This document shows, piece after piece, positions 36,130 through 44,815 of a stretch of DNA of 55,266 nucleotides (positions are counted from its first letter, which is position 1; each line of letters begins with the position of its first letter). The DNA is taken from the IMG/VR virus record IMGVR_UViG_3300037244_000023. One strand, given 5' to 3'. Position numbers and translations under genes: made by a program. The notes below the pieces were generated by a model. The model did no database searches. It was given only the letters and a program-made list of their open reading frames with translations, and was not told where the DNA came from. This DNA is from a virus.

Positions 36130-37251
36130 TTATTGGTTGGGTTTGAGTCGTTCAAATCGGGTCATAAAATTCTTGGCTTCCGCCATCTTCAAATCCCGAA
36201 TTTCCTTAGAATTCTTGGTATTGGTTGCTTCACGCATGAGTTTGTCCATAATCGACTGGGCATTGCGGATCTCATCGGTGGTCAGAGGCGGTTCCTGGGT
36301 TCGGGTTTCAACCCGAGTAGGAGCGGAGCCAGAGATTTGTGCGGCGAGATCGCCCGGTGTGGGCTGGCGGCTGGAGGTTCCAACCGGCATTTGGGACGCT
36401 TTGAACTCATTAACCACCTTTGCCACAAAGAACGGGGTATGCCCTCTGGGGTTAACAATAGCTGCGGAATACTCTGCTGGCATCTGTTGCGTCCAGGCAA
36501 CCAGTGCTGGGCCTTTTGCGCCACCATCTGCATAGTCCATGTAATCAGGGACCAGCTTGGTGAACACATCATCCCAAGTCTGTTGCCGAGTCGTATTTTG
36601 ATGCTGGAGGAGTGCTTCCTGCCGTTGTTTTTCCTGATCTCGCAATTCTTGAAGCTCTGCCTGATGCTTGCGCTCCATGGCTTCCATTTGCTGCTTGGTA
36701 GTCATGCTCAATCGCCGGAAGCGATCCGCAACAACAGGGTCCAGGGTTTCCAGTTCCGTATCCAATTCGGGTTCGTAAGCGGAAGCCTGGGGCTTCTTGA
36801 AAAGCTCTTTCAGTTCAGCGATCTGGGTAGTAAGACTATCCAGTTGGCTCTTGGTGGTTTCCCGTTCCGTCTTCAGGTCTTGCGCCAGAACAGCACTTCG
36901 CTGCATGGCGGGGGTAAGGGCCTGACACGCTTCTCGGTACTGCTTCTGGAGTTTGGCGTATTCCTCAGCGGTCACAGTCGGACTAGGTTCAACGACAGGG
37001 GCCGGGGGAGGCGGGGCGGGGGCTGCGGGCAATTCAATGACCGTAGGGGTTGAGAAATTGGCGGGGTCAGTATTAGACCCGGTTCCAACAGGCTGGGCTT
37101 CAGTGGTGACAGGGGGCAGTCCGGGCTGGCTAACCTGGGTATTACCCTGGTTGAGATTTGCCAGAACAGCATCCAGTTCCTTCTGACGCCTTGCGGCATC
37201 GTGGTTGGGAACGCGCTTGAGGGTTGTGGGATCGTATTCAGTAGTGGTCAC
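36130..37251 (-). CDS. Scaffolding protein (putative)
   Basis: Long charged coiled-coil sequence (ELKELFKK, QMEAMERKHQAELQELRDQEKQRQE), located between the portal and coat genes. Confidence 0.6.
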   Translation of the reverse strand: MTTTEYDPTTLKRVPNHDAARRQKELDAVLANLNQGNTQVSQPGLPPVTTEAQPVGTGSNTDPANFSTPTVIELPAAPAPPPPAPVVEPSPTVTAEEYAKLQKQYREACQALTPAMQRSAVLAQDLKTERETTKSQLDSLTTQIAELKELFKKPQASAYEPELDTELETLDPVVADRFRRLSMTTKQQMEAMERKHQAELQELRDQEKQRQEALLQHQNTTRQQTWDDVFTKLVPDYMDYADGGAKGPALVAWTQQMPAEYSAAIVNPRGHTPFFVAKVVNEFKASQMPVGTSSRQPTPGDLAAQISGSAPTRVETRTQEPPLTTDEIRNAQSIMDKLMREATNTKNSKEIRDLKMAEAKNFMTRFERLKPNQ

Positions 37252-37273
37252 GGGGGTCTCCTGTCAGGCTCTA

Positions 37274-37513
37274 TTAGGTTGCTGACGTTGTATTGCTAGG
37301 GTTGATAAGGCTTAATAGGTCTTTCACTAGCGCAATGCGCCCCTGGATGATGTTGATACAAACGGGGTCACGTTCAATCTTCTCCAAATTATCGCGGTAA
37401 CTTTCCCGCGCACGGATAAGCCATTCAGCTAAAATTTGCATCTGCTCGGATTGGTGCATCGCGCTGAGTTTGGTGCAAAGTTGAATGATCGGGACTTCTT
37501 CAAACCGTCTCAT
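37274..37513 (-). CDS. Hypothetical protein (79 aa)
   Basis: ORF from the track; its start overlaps the portal stop. Confidence 0.5.
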   Translation of the reverse strand: MRRFEEVPIIQLCTKLSAMHQSEQMQILAEWLIRARESYRDNLEKIERDPVCINIIQGRIALVKDLLSLINPSNTTSAT

Positions 37514-39807
37514 CGCCTTCGCCCCCTATGAGTAGTCGCTGGTTTAGAGGGACGGGTGGGAGGGGCTTTGGTCGGAGCCGCACCTTCTTCCGGCTGGGGC
37601 AATAGGTGGGGATGCCGTTCAAGCGGGTTATGCGCCGGTTCAAATGGGCGATTCCCCATCTCATGCCCAATCTGGCTGGCTTCGTTGACGTTGCCAAGGT
37701 GCGCCATGTGGTCTTCTTCTGCCATGGCACCCGTGATCGCCGGGGTATTGATGTTGTAAATCTGGTTGGCGAGTTGCATATAAGCCAGCCGCAGGGGGCT
37801 ATTCTCTGGGGCTTCCTTGACCAGTTCGATCACCGCATCCTTGAGTGGCATCTCTGCCCGCAGTTTCGGCTGGGCCTGGACACTGGCCTGGATGCCAGCA
37901 TTGTAAGCGGCATTCTTCTGGGCTTCCGCAGCCTTCTTCTGCTGAATTTCCAGATATTCGGAATCAGAATAGACCAAATCCTCATTTACCAGACCACTAT
38001 AGCGCAGGTAACTGTTGAAGAAATTGGACATCTTCAAGCGGTCTGCTTGTTCCGGCAGGTTGCCGATGTTCTGGAGCAAGAGTTGCATAGCTTCAGTCAG
38101 GGATTCCCGCGCCAGCAAGCCCTTCACCCCATGAGCGGTAACCCGGTATGCGCCCTGAATGGCCGGGTCTTTGGAGAACATCTGGAAGAACCGGATCTTC
38201 TTCTGAGTGCTGGGAACGATATAGTTGGCTTCAATATTGTAAACAGCAGTTTTGAGCGTGGTCAGCGCATTGTTCCACTGGAGGTTCGCGCCACCGAAGG
38301 TCCGGTTATGGGCACCTTCGGTTGAACCATTCAGGAACTTGGGGAGGCCAGTCTGTTCATCCGCAAGCCGTTCCTCATTCTGCTGAATTTGCAGCATCTC
38401 CGCGAATTCATAGGTGGGCATGAAGAATTCGATGGGCTTCATGGTGGTACCGATCTTGCCCCGAACACCCCAAATCTTACGGGGAGCAATCTCCAGGACA
38501 GTGGTGATGTCTGCCAATTGGTCTACATCCACCATCATCTGTGGGGCAACGCACATAGCCATGGCATCCATCAGTGCTCGTTCACACCCCTGAATGCCAT
38601 CATGTTGATCGAACATCATCTCTGCAACGCCAACACCCCAGATCGAGTTGGTCGCAATGGAGTAGGGCACAAAGTAGAAGGGAAGCCGCTCATTATGCAG
38701 TTCGCTGATGGCTACCTTGATAACCTCATTGCCCATCACCCAAATCTGAGCCACCAGCCGACTATCCATCTGCTTCCTGGTGATTCCTTTAACGCCATTA
38801 TCAGCAAGATCCTTGCCGGTCAGATAGCCCCACCATTGGAAGCATACGAACCGGCCATTGGGTACCGTCTGCTGGGGTTGTTTGTTTAAACTGTTAACCG
38901 ATGTTTCCCAGAAAGTCGGTTGCCAAATCCCATTAGGATGCTTCTCTAAAAGGTCTTTGATTTTCTCTTTATCAAAGGTGGGGTCATCCATCATCCCCAT
39001 GACCTGACCCTTGCCTAGCGGCATCCGCCAGATCATAAACCGAGCCATTTCAACCGTGGTTGCACCGGGGTCCGGGTAAATATCCAGAGGGCAAATGCGT
39101 TCCATCTGGGGCAGATATTCATCAAACAGCCCCATGTCGATCATCTGCTTCAGTGCCTTCTTATTGAAGGGCTTCTTTTCTACCGGGGTCCAAACGGATG
39201 AGTCTTCTTCCTCATCCTCTGCGGGTTCTTCCGATATTTCAGAATTCTGAATGGCCAGCGGCCCCATGACAATGCCGGTGCCGAACACCACCAGATCCCA
39301 CAGAACCAACAGCAACTTATCCGTCAGGCGAGTATAATCATCGCCTTTCTTGATTTTTGCGGTTAGCCTATCAGCCTTCTTCCCGGCTGCCTGGAATAGC
39401 ATGTCCCGAATTTGGTCAACTGGGGTGCCCTTCTGGAGCAACCCCCACGCTGCCTTCGGGTCCATCGCTTCTGGGTCTGGGTCAATAGTGAAGCAATCCT
39501 GCCCAGGAGGGCAAACAATAGGCATCAAAAGAGCAACAGCGGTCTGTAGTTTGGGCCTAGTGGAGTTTACTGCTGCTTGGCTAGTTGTTGACTCTGAACT
39601 ATCGTCCAGTAAATAATATGCACGGCTGTTAAATAGTGCCCGCAGAAAGACTTGCTGTTCCTGGAAAATGCGGGCTGAAGATGCCATTTGGAAATCGTGC
39701 ATCACTCTTACTGCAAGGGTTTCACCATCCCTACCGCCACCACCATACCCCTCAACTACTGATGGGGGGGCAGACGGTTCTGATATTAATGAAAGCCCTT
39801 GGGGCAT
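37510..39807 (-). CDS. Portal protein (putative, 765 aa)
   Basis: Called from size and position, immediately downstream of TerL and upstream of the scaffold and coat genes. Confidence 0.7.
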   Translation of the reverse strand: MPQGLSLISEPSAPPSVVEGYGGGGRDGETLAVRVMHDFQMASSARIFQEQQVFLRALFNSRAYYLLDDSSESTTSQAAVNSTRPKLQTAVALLMPIVCPPGQDCFTIDPDPEAMDPKAAWGLLQKGTPVDQIRDMLFQAAGKKADRLTAKIKKGDDYTRLTDKLLLVLWDLVVFGTGIVMGPLAIQNSEISEEPAEDEEEDSSVWTPVEKKPFNKKALKQMIDMGLFDEYLPQMERICPLDIYPDPGATTVEMARFMIWRMPLGKGQVMGMMDDPTFDKEKIKDLLEKHPNGIWQPTFWETSVNSLNKQPQQTVPNGRFVCFQWWGYLTGKDLADNGVKGITRKQMDSRLVAQIWVMGNEVIKVAISELHNERLPFYFVPYSIATNSIWGVGVAEMMFDQHDGIQGCERALMDAMAMCVAPQMMVDVDQLADITTVLEIAPRKIWGVRGKIGTTMKPIEFFMPTYEFAEMLQIQQNEERLADEQTGLPKFLNGSTEGAHNRTFGGANLQWNNALTTLKTAVYNIEANYIVPSTQKKIRFFQMFSKDPAIQGAYRVTAHGVKGLLARESLTEAMQLLLQNIGNLPEQADRLKMSNFFNSYLRYSGLVNEDLVYSDSEYLEIQQKKAAEAQKNAAYNAGIQASVQAQPKLRAEMPLKDAVIELVKEAPENSPLRLAYMQLANQIYNINTPAITGAMAEEDHMAHLGNVNEASQIGHEMGNRPFEPAHNPLERHPHLLPQPEEGAAPTKAPPTRPSKPATTHRGRRR

Positions 39808-39869
39808 CTATAATCTCCATCCCCCAGTGTGGTGGGCATAATATGCCGTGTCAAGAGGGGGATGAGGAA

Positions 39870-42260
39870 TTAAAGCCCTACCCTACGGTTCTTCGGTGTC
39901 CATTGGACAATTTTAGGGATTGGCTTAACAGTGGTGGTTCCTGGGACTCGCGCTTGGTCAAGGGCCATGATTGCATAACGGAGTGCGTCAATCGTATCAT
40001 CGTGACGTTCTGTTACCTTCATTGCCCCATTCTTCGCCTTTACCATGCGATATGCACCCATTTGCTTAATCAATTCCCTACAAGTAGAGAATATAAACAG
40101 CCGTTTCTCTGCAATCATTTCATTAATCATATGGATGGATTCAAAGACAGATCCACCTTTAGTGATGGCATCCGCAATATCTAACCCATCTTCGCGGAAC
40201 ATATCAAATACGCGCTTACCATCAGTGGGTGATCTTCGATGTGAGCTAGTATCAATCTTAAACTCAATATCCCCCCATGCCCTCAATGCTGCGGAGTGGA
40301 CCCCTGGCAGGTTCCCAGATCGCAGGTATTCTCTGTAAACATATACAGTTGGAGGTTCATTCCTATTTATATATTCCAACGCCAATGCAACCGCACTGGT
40401 CCCATGCTCAAGCCCAACATCTAGCCCACCAATCCTAGGCCAATGTGGCTCCACTTCAAATGGATCAATCACATAATCATCCCTACTGAAAGCAAAGATG
40501 CGCCCTTCCCCAGACCCAGATCGTCCATACAACCGGCTTTCCTGCATCCAAAGTGGCATGGTTTTCTTATGCATTTCGATTTCAGCAGGGTCCAAGGTCT
40601 TGTTCTCCTCCATGTGGAACTCGTAATGGCTACAGTAATCAGATGGCATTTTATCAAGTAGATCCAACATTTCTGGTTCCTCATCTTTTGGATAGTAAGA
40701 CATGATGATATACCCCTGATTATCAATCAGACGCATCTGCACTTCCACAAAGATGTCTATATCAGCTTGCTCATCGAACCATGCCACTTTCCATGCAAAG
40801 CCTTGGAATTTAGCAGCTCCTTGCTCTTTGACCATGAATTCAATACGACATATGCCCCCTGATGCATGTTTCACCAATACCCAGTCCAAACATCCATTGG
40901 TTCCGGCTCTCCATGCATAATCAACAATCAAGTCCTTGGGAATATAGCCAGTGCCAATCTCATGCGGTTCGCCCATCAACTTGACTTGTGCAGATTTCCT
41001 CATTTGTTCTGTACTGATTGAAATAACCCCATATATGTATGCTTCGGTAAATCTTAGCCCCTGCCACCAATCAGGGTAAATACCAGTTATGTGGCAAGCC
41101 ATTGTAAATGCACAACTTTCAGACTTCCCACTATTATGGTTTAAAATATCACCAATAAAATAATTATTGTAATCATCCATCAAAAAATCCCATACAAAAT
41201 CATTGCGGAGGTAATTGATTTGCATTACACTTCTATTGGAGGTGTTAAATGGAGTGGAAACCGAAAGTGGACGGGAGAGGCCGGGGCGTTGGGAAAAATC
41301 AAGCGGGGTATGATTGGCCCGTGGACCAGATGCGGCAATGGGTTGAAATTGATTTGTTGACTCATAAAGAAATTGGCAAAAGGCTTGGAGTAAATCCCAA
41401 GCTCGTTTCCAAAGCGTGTAAGCGGTTTGGAATACGCTGCCAACGCAGAGGGCCGCGTGGCGGCGAAGGGCACCCAGAGTGGAAGGGGGGAAGGAATTTT
41501 GACAAGTATGGGTATATTTTAGTCCATTGCCCAGGGCATCCAATGGCCCGAAAAATGGGGAAGGGGAGGAAGGCTGCGTACGTTCCCGAACATCGGCTTG
41601 TGATGGCTGAATTTCTTGGGCGCATGTTGGAACCGGGCGAAGTTGTCCATCATAAGAATAGCGATGTGACTGATAATCGGATTGAGAACCTTGAATTGTA
41701 TACTTCAAATGGTCAACATCTCCGAGATGAGCTTGCGGGTAGATGTCCCAATTGGTCGCCGGATGGGGAGCAAAGGCTTCGCGTTGCTCGACATAGAGGG
41801 AACATTCAAGCCATCCTTTTGGACCCCACAATAAATGATGCGGTGAAACTACAATTTCAGTTCCATCATCAAACACCAATTGGTATAGATCATCCTTTGC
41901 CTTTTGGAATGGTTGATGAGCCAAAGCAATAACCTTGTTCTTCCCATCCCATGCCCAAACATGAAAATCGCCATTGATTTGGTCAATCCGCATTGTCTGG
42001 TGTGCAACCGGGTCATAAATTAATTGTTCCCCCCCCATACACCTGTTCCCGCCTCTTACATCCACAATCTTGTGTTTATCCGCATGAATCGCAACTTGGT
42101 GATCCTGTGGCTCATATTGGTATAATTTGCCCTCTCGTTTGCGGGATGCCAATGCTTCAATAGCCTCAACCGCTGCATCCGCCTGGGCCAGAGACATCTG
42201 ATCCACCAACGCATCCAGTTCTGCTTCGGTAAACTTGCGTTTTTCGCCAGCCACTTGCAC
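39870..42260 (-). CDS. terL: Terminase large subunit precursor containing a 303-aa intein in the Walker-A loop
   Basis: The exteins join as VRGGNR|SGKSES, giving a G-x4-GKS P-loop. The C-terminal nuclease-type region includes GGLDVG and TIDALRYA. The putative start at 42260 is GTG. Confidence 0.9.
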   Translation of the reverse strand: MQVAGEKRKFTEAELDALVDQMSLAQADAAVEAIEALASRKREGKLYQYEPQDHQVAIHADKHKIVDVRGGNRCMGGEQLIYDPVAHQTMRIDQINGDFHVWAWDGKNKVIALAHQPFQKAKDDLYQLVFDDGTEIVVSPHHLLWGPKGWLECSLYVEQREAFAPHPATNWDIYPQAHLGDVDHLKYTIQGSQSDYQSHRYSYDGQLRPVPTCAQEIQPSQADVRERTQPSSPSPFFGPLDALGNGLKYTHTCQNSFPPSTLGALRRHAALCVGSVFQTAYTLWKRAWDLLQAFCQFLYESTNQFQPIAASGPRANHTPLDFSQRPGLSRPLSVSTPFNTSNRSVMQINYLRNDFVWDFLMDDYNNYFIGDILNHNSGKSESCAFTMACHITGIYPDWWQGLRFTEAYIYGVISISTEQMRKSAQVKLMGEPHEIGTGYIPKDLIVDYAWRAGTNGCLDWVLVKHASGGICRIEFMVKEQGAAKFQGFAWKVAWFDEQADIDIFVEVQMRLIDNQGYIIMSYYPKDEEPEMLDLLDKMPSDYCSHYEFHMEENKTLDPAEIEMHKKTMPLWMQESRLYGRSGSGEGRIFAFSRDDYVIDPFEVEPHWPRIGGLDVGLEHGTSAVALALEYINRNEPPTVYVYREYLRSGNLPGVHSAALRAWGDIEFKIDTSSHRRSPTDGKRVFDMFREDGLDIADAITKGGSVFESIHMINEMIAEKRLFIFSTCRELIKQMGAYRMVKAKNGAMKVTERHDDTIDALRYAIMALDQARVPGTTTVKPIPKIVQWTPKNRRVGL
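41133..42041 (-). mobile_element. Intein (TerL aa 74-376): Cys1 ... His-Asn, with Ser at +1
   Basis: N-terminal block CMGGEQLIYDP, block-B-like GTEIVVSPHHLLWG, and C-terminal block VWDFLMDDYNNYFIGDILNHN followed by S. TGT at 42039-42041 and AAT at 41133-41135 were verified on the reverse strand. Confidence 0.8.
41249..41932 (+). CDS. HNH homing-type endonuclease (HTH plus HNH_3 core), encoded antisense inside the TerL intein
   Basis: GGAGG lies 6 nt upstream of the ATG. It has the HTH segment LTHKEIGKRLGVNPKLVSKACKRFGI and the core GYILVHCPGHP...YVPEHRLVMAEFLGRMLEPGEVVHHKNSDVTDNRIENLELYTSNGQH. Confidence 0.9.
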   Translation: MEWKPKVDGRGRGVGKNQAGYDWPVDQMRQWVEIDLLTHKEIGKRLGVNPKLVSKACKRFGIRCQRRGPRGGEGHPEWKGGRNFDKYGYILVHCPGHPMARKMGKGRKAAYVPEHRLVMAEFLGRMLEPGEVVHHKNSDVTDNRIENLELYTSNGQHLRDELAGRCPNWSPDGEQRLRVARHRGNIQAILLDPTINDAVKLQFQFHHQTPIGIDHPLPFGMVDEPKQ

Positions 42261-42347
42261 CCCCGCTTAAAGAACTTACACTGAAGTTGACCCGTGGTGG
42301 GTCGAGAATGCCCAGTTCCGGGCGCAACCAACCAGAGAAGGAAAGCC

Positions 42348-42755
42348 ATGCAGACCGTCCAAGAAAAACTGAATATCAAGTACCACCGAATCATTGGCAG
42401 CGGGACCATCCAGACCCCTGGCCATTCCACTCTGGCTGAAGCCGCTGTGGTTCTCCCGCCCCAGGCATTTGCCGATGGCCCCCACGGGGAAGTGCTCGGT
42501 GAGCATGTTGACCATATGGAGGGCCACGAAAAGATGCTGGATGCCCACGCCAAGGAAGGGCATCTGGGCAAACACTTTACCCATACTTTCCAGGAGATGA
42601 CTACCCAGGAAGGCTCCGGTATTGATCATCCCGGTGAGTATGACTACAACGAAATGTCCCATCCGCACGAACTGCGTGGTGACGGTGCGAGACACAATCC
42701 GCATCATCCCAAGCATCCTCATCACAGCCGAAGCCACAAGACTCCGCACAAGTAA
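42348..42755 (+). CDS. His-rich hypothetical protein (135 aa) on the strand opposite to the packaging genes
   Basis: GAAGGAAAG lies upstream of the ATG. The sequence looks protein-like whereas the 292-aa antisense ORF does not. The C-terminus reads HNPHHPKHPHHSRSHKTPHK. Confidence 0.5.
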   Translation: MQTVQEKLNIKYHRIIGSGTIQTPGHSTLAEAAVVLPPQAFADGPHGEVLGEHVDHMEGHEKMLDAHAKEGHLGKHFTHTFQEMTTQEGSGIDHPGEYDYNEMSHPHELRGDGARHNPHHPKHPHHSRSHKTPHK

Positions 42756-42764
42756 GGGGGCTTC

Positions 42765-43046
42765 ATGCCTATCAATAACCCGAGTGCCAAACAGGTGCTC
42801 ACCAAGCGTCCCAAGCATCCCCCCTATCTCCAGGGCGATGACCGAGGGGGCAATGTGGCCCATCAGAACATCCACGTAACGAACTGCGAAACGGGTGAAT
42901 CTTTCAGTTGCCACATGGCTGAACCGGCTAACCCCGATCCTTATGCCATGGTGCAGATCAAAGGCAAGTATCTGGAGCGCGTCGAAAAGGAACGCAAGAA
43001 GATCCAGAGCATGTCTGGTGCATTCTCCAATAGCCCCAACACTTAG
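42765..43046 (+). CDS. Hypothetical protein (93 aa)
   Basis: AAGGGGG lies upstream of the ATG, and a strong terminator follows. Confidence 0.55.
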   Translation: MPINNPSAKQVLTKRPKHPPYLQGDDRGGNVAHQNIHVTNCETGESFSCHMAEPANPDPYAMVQIKGKYLERVEKERKKIQSMSGAFSNSPNT

Positions 43047-43066
43047 TTGGTGGTAGCCCCGCGCTG

Positions 43067-43094
43067 GCCCCTCGCTTCGGCGGGGGGCTTTGTT
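43067..43094 (+). terminator. Rho-independent terminator with a C(UUCG)G tetraloop
   Basis: 9-bp stem gcccctcgc/gcggggggc around the ttcg loop, then tttgtt. It sits between the convergent 42765-43046 (+) and 43093-44388 (-) genes. Confidence 0.7.
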
Positions 43095-44388
43095 ATATGG
43101 CATCGGCATCTCCAAACTCAGGGACGGGATGGGACACGGGTTCCATCGGCTCAAGTTCGATGATGTCAGATACCGCTTCGCCCCTAAGCAACATCTTCAG
43201 CTTACGCTTGACCTCCGCTTCGTTCTTCATGTCCAGATTCTCAGTCTGGATGACCTTCTTCTCAATGAATTTGGGTGATTGCAGCGCAGCCCGCTTCATC
43301 AGGAAATTAGTCTGGGCCTTCGCCACCCCCAGTGCTTCCTTGCTGGTATCCGATTCTAGCCCCATGATGATTTCCTGGGCATGGTCCATGAAGACCTGGG
43401 CCTGGATGGTTTCCGCCTGTTCCAGTTCCCTGCGAAAATCCGGGTAATACTGAAGCCACCGGGCAATCTCCAGCATGGAGGGAGTTCCGTTGACCCCCTT
43501 GCAGATGTCCCGCAGCGTCTTCCCCTCAGTGATTGCCCATGGGATGTACTGCATCATCTGGTAGCGGTTGGCTGGTTCCGCATCAATCCGGTAGATGGGT
43601 TGCCGTGCATCGGCCTTGATCCGCATCAGGATACTGCTGAAGGTCTTGTCCGATAGGGTATTGCCACCCTTTTCCCTGGTTGCCAGGATAAAATCCTCAT
43701 CCATGTTGTAGAACTTGGGGGACACCTTCAGGTCTTCCGGCAATGGGCGCAAGTCATTACGCATCTTTGGCTTGGATTTGTCCGGCCCGACCTCCATGGT
43801 GATCCTCTGCCGTTCCAGCGGGTGTTCTGGGATGCTGGAGATGACAATCCCCGCCTCATCTGCGGTAACAAAGATTTCTTCCCGGTTGAATCCCCTGCCG
43901 CCACCCGGCTTGCCATTGGCGTAAATATCGTCGTGCAAGTGATCGGGGAGTTCCCCGCAGACCCAATCACAACTGTAAACCTGCATCTTTTCCAGATTCC
44001 CTTGGAAGATTTCCGGCACATTCTTGTGCGCCTTGGTTGCCCTGACCCAGTATGTCTTGCCAATCAATTTAGCTAGACCACGGGTTAGATAGGGGATGTG
44101 CCCCCGTAGAAATGCCAATCGGCGGAATTTGGTGGCTTCCTGGATGGGCATACGGATACAGGGTTGTTCGGTATCAAACTCCCTGAGAAATGGGATGATG
44201 TCCACCAGATCCCGCGCTACCAGGAACATGATTTCCTTAAATGCAGCCGCTATTAGGTCTTCATCCGTGGCCGTTGTCGGCAGCGGAGTCCTTAAAAGAA
44301 GCCGCCCATCGGAAATCTTTAGATTCGTCTCGGTTTCCCCTCTTTGAACCGTCAGCCTGGGGGTCCGATAGAACGGATAGTAGTTCAT
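43093..44388 (-). CDS. Terminase small-subunit-like protein (TerS-type HTH region in the C-terminal third) fused to an uncharacterised N-terminal domain of about 270 aa
   Basis: ITEGKTLRDICKGVNGTPSMLEIARWLQYYPDFRRELEQAETIQAQVFMDHAQEII resembles the TerS HTH plus helix. The start is uncertain because the ORF overlaps the upstream ORF by 128 nt. Confidence 0.5.
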   Translation of the reverse strand: MNYYPFYRTPRLTVQRGETETNLKISDGRLLLRTPLPTTATDEDLIAAAFKEIMFLVARDLVDIIPFLREFDTEQPCIRMPIQEATKFRRLAFLRGHIPYLTRGLAKLIGKTYWVRATKAHKNVPEIFQGNLEKMQVYSCDWVCGELPDHLHDDIYANGKPGGGRGFNREEIFVTADEAGIVISSIPEHPLERQRITMEVGPDKSKPKMRNDLRPLPEDLKVSPKFYNMDEDFILATREKGGNTLSDKTFSSILMRIKADARQPIYRIDAEPANRYQMMQYIPWAITEGKTLRDICKGVNGTPSMLEIARWLQYYPDFRRELEQAETIQAQVFMDHAQEIIMGLESDTSKEALGVAKAQTNFLMKRAALQSPKFIEKKVIQTENLDMKNEAEVKRKLKMLLRGEAVSDIIELEPMEPVSHPVPEFGDADAI

Positions 44389-44815
44389 TGCTATGCTCCC
44401 TTGGGTCGTTGTAAGCCACTAGGTCTGCCTTTCTAGCCAGGATGGCGATACCAGACCGCATCCTCTTTCGGATTCCGCGCAGGACGGTTTGCCGAGATTC
44501 TTCATTCATATTGGCCGGGATACCCGGCAGGACTTCAAACGCCGAATGGACATTGTTCTTGAACCCACGAATCTTGGTCACTCCAACCAGTAGCGCCTTG
44601 CCAGGACGGTTGCCAATAACCAGCCCCATGATCCACACAAGATGGCCACCCTGATCACTTTCCACACACAATGGGAATTGCGGATACAAATCAACACCAT
44701 TTAGATCCCACCCATGATAAAAGAAGCTGGAATGATCTGCGAACAATTCAACAGACCGGGCAAACGATTTGAAGTCCAGTATGGGGCCAACAAACATATC
44801 CTGTGGTTTCAACAT
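44261..44815 (-). CDS. Hypothetical protein (184 aa)
   Basis: ORF from the track, minus-strand arm. Confidence 0.5.
   Translation of the reverse strand: MLKPQDMFVGPILDFKSFARSVELFADHSSFFYHGWDLNGVDLYPQFPLCVESDQGGHLVWIMGLVIGNRPGKALLVGVTKIRGFKNNVHSAFEVLPGIPANMNEESRQTVLRGIRKRMRSGIAILARKADLVAYNDPREHSNELLSVLSDPQADGSKRGNRDESKDFRWAASFKDSAADNGHG

Noticed and set aside
34657-37053. 798-aa plus-strand ORF, the longest ORF on that strand in the structural region
   Set aside because: It runs antisense across the coat, head-associated and scaffold genes. It has an Arg/Gly/His/Val-rich non-protein-like composition and no SD. Long open antisense frames are expected opposite strongly codon-biased genes.
42276-43154. 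292-aa minus-strand ORF between the TerS-like gene and TerL
   Set aside because: It is Leu/Val/Gly/Arg/Phe-rich and non-protein-like. The opposite strand has two SD-preceded ORFs and a strong terminator. It is kept as an alternative in the corresponding finding.
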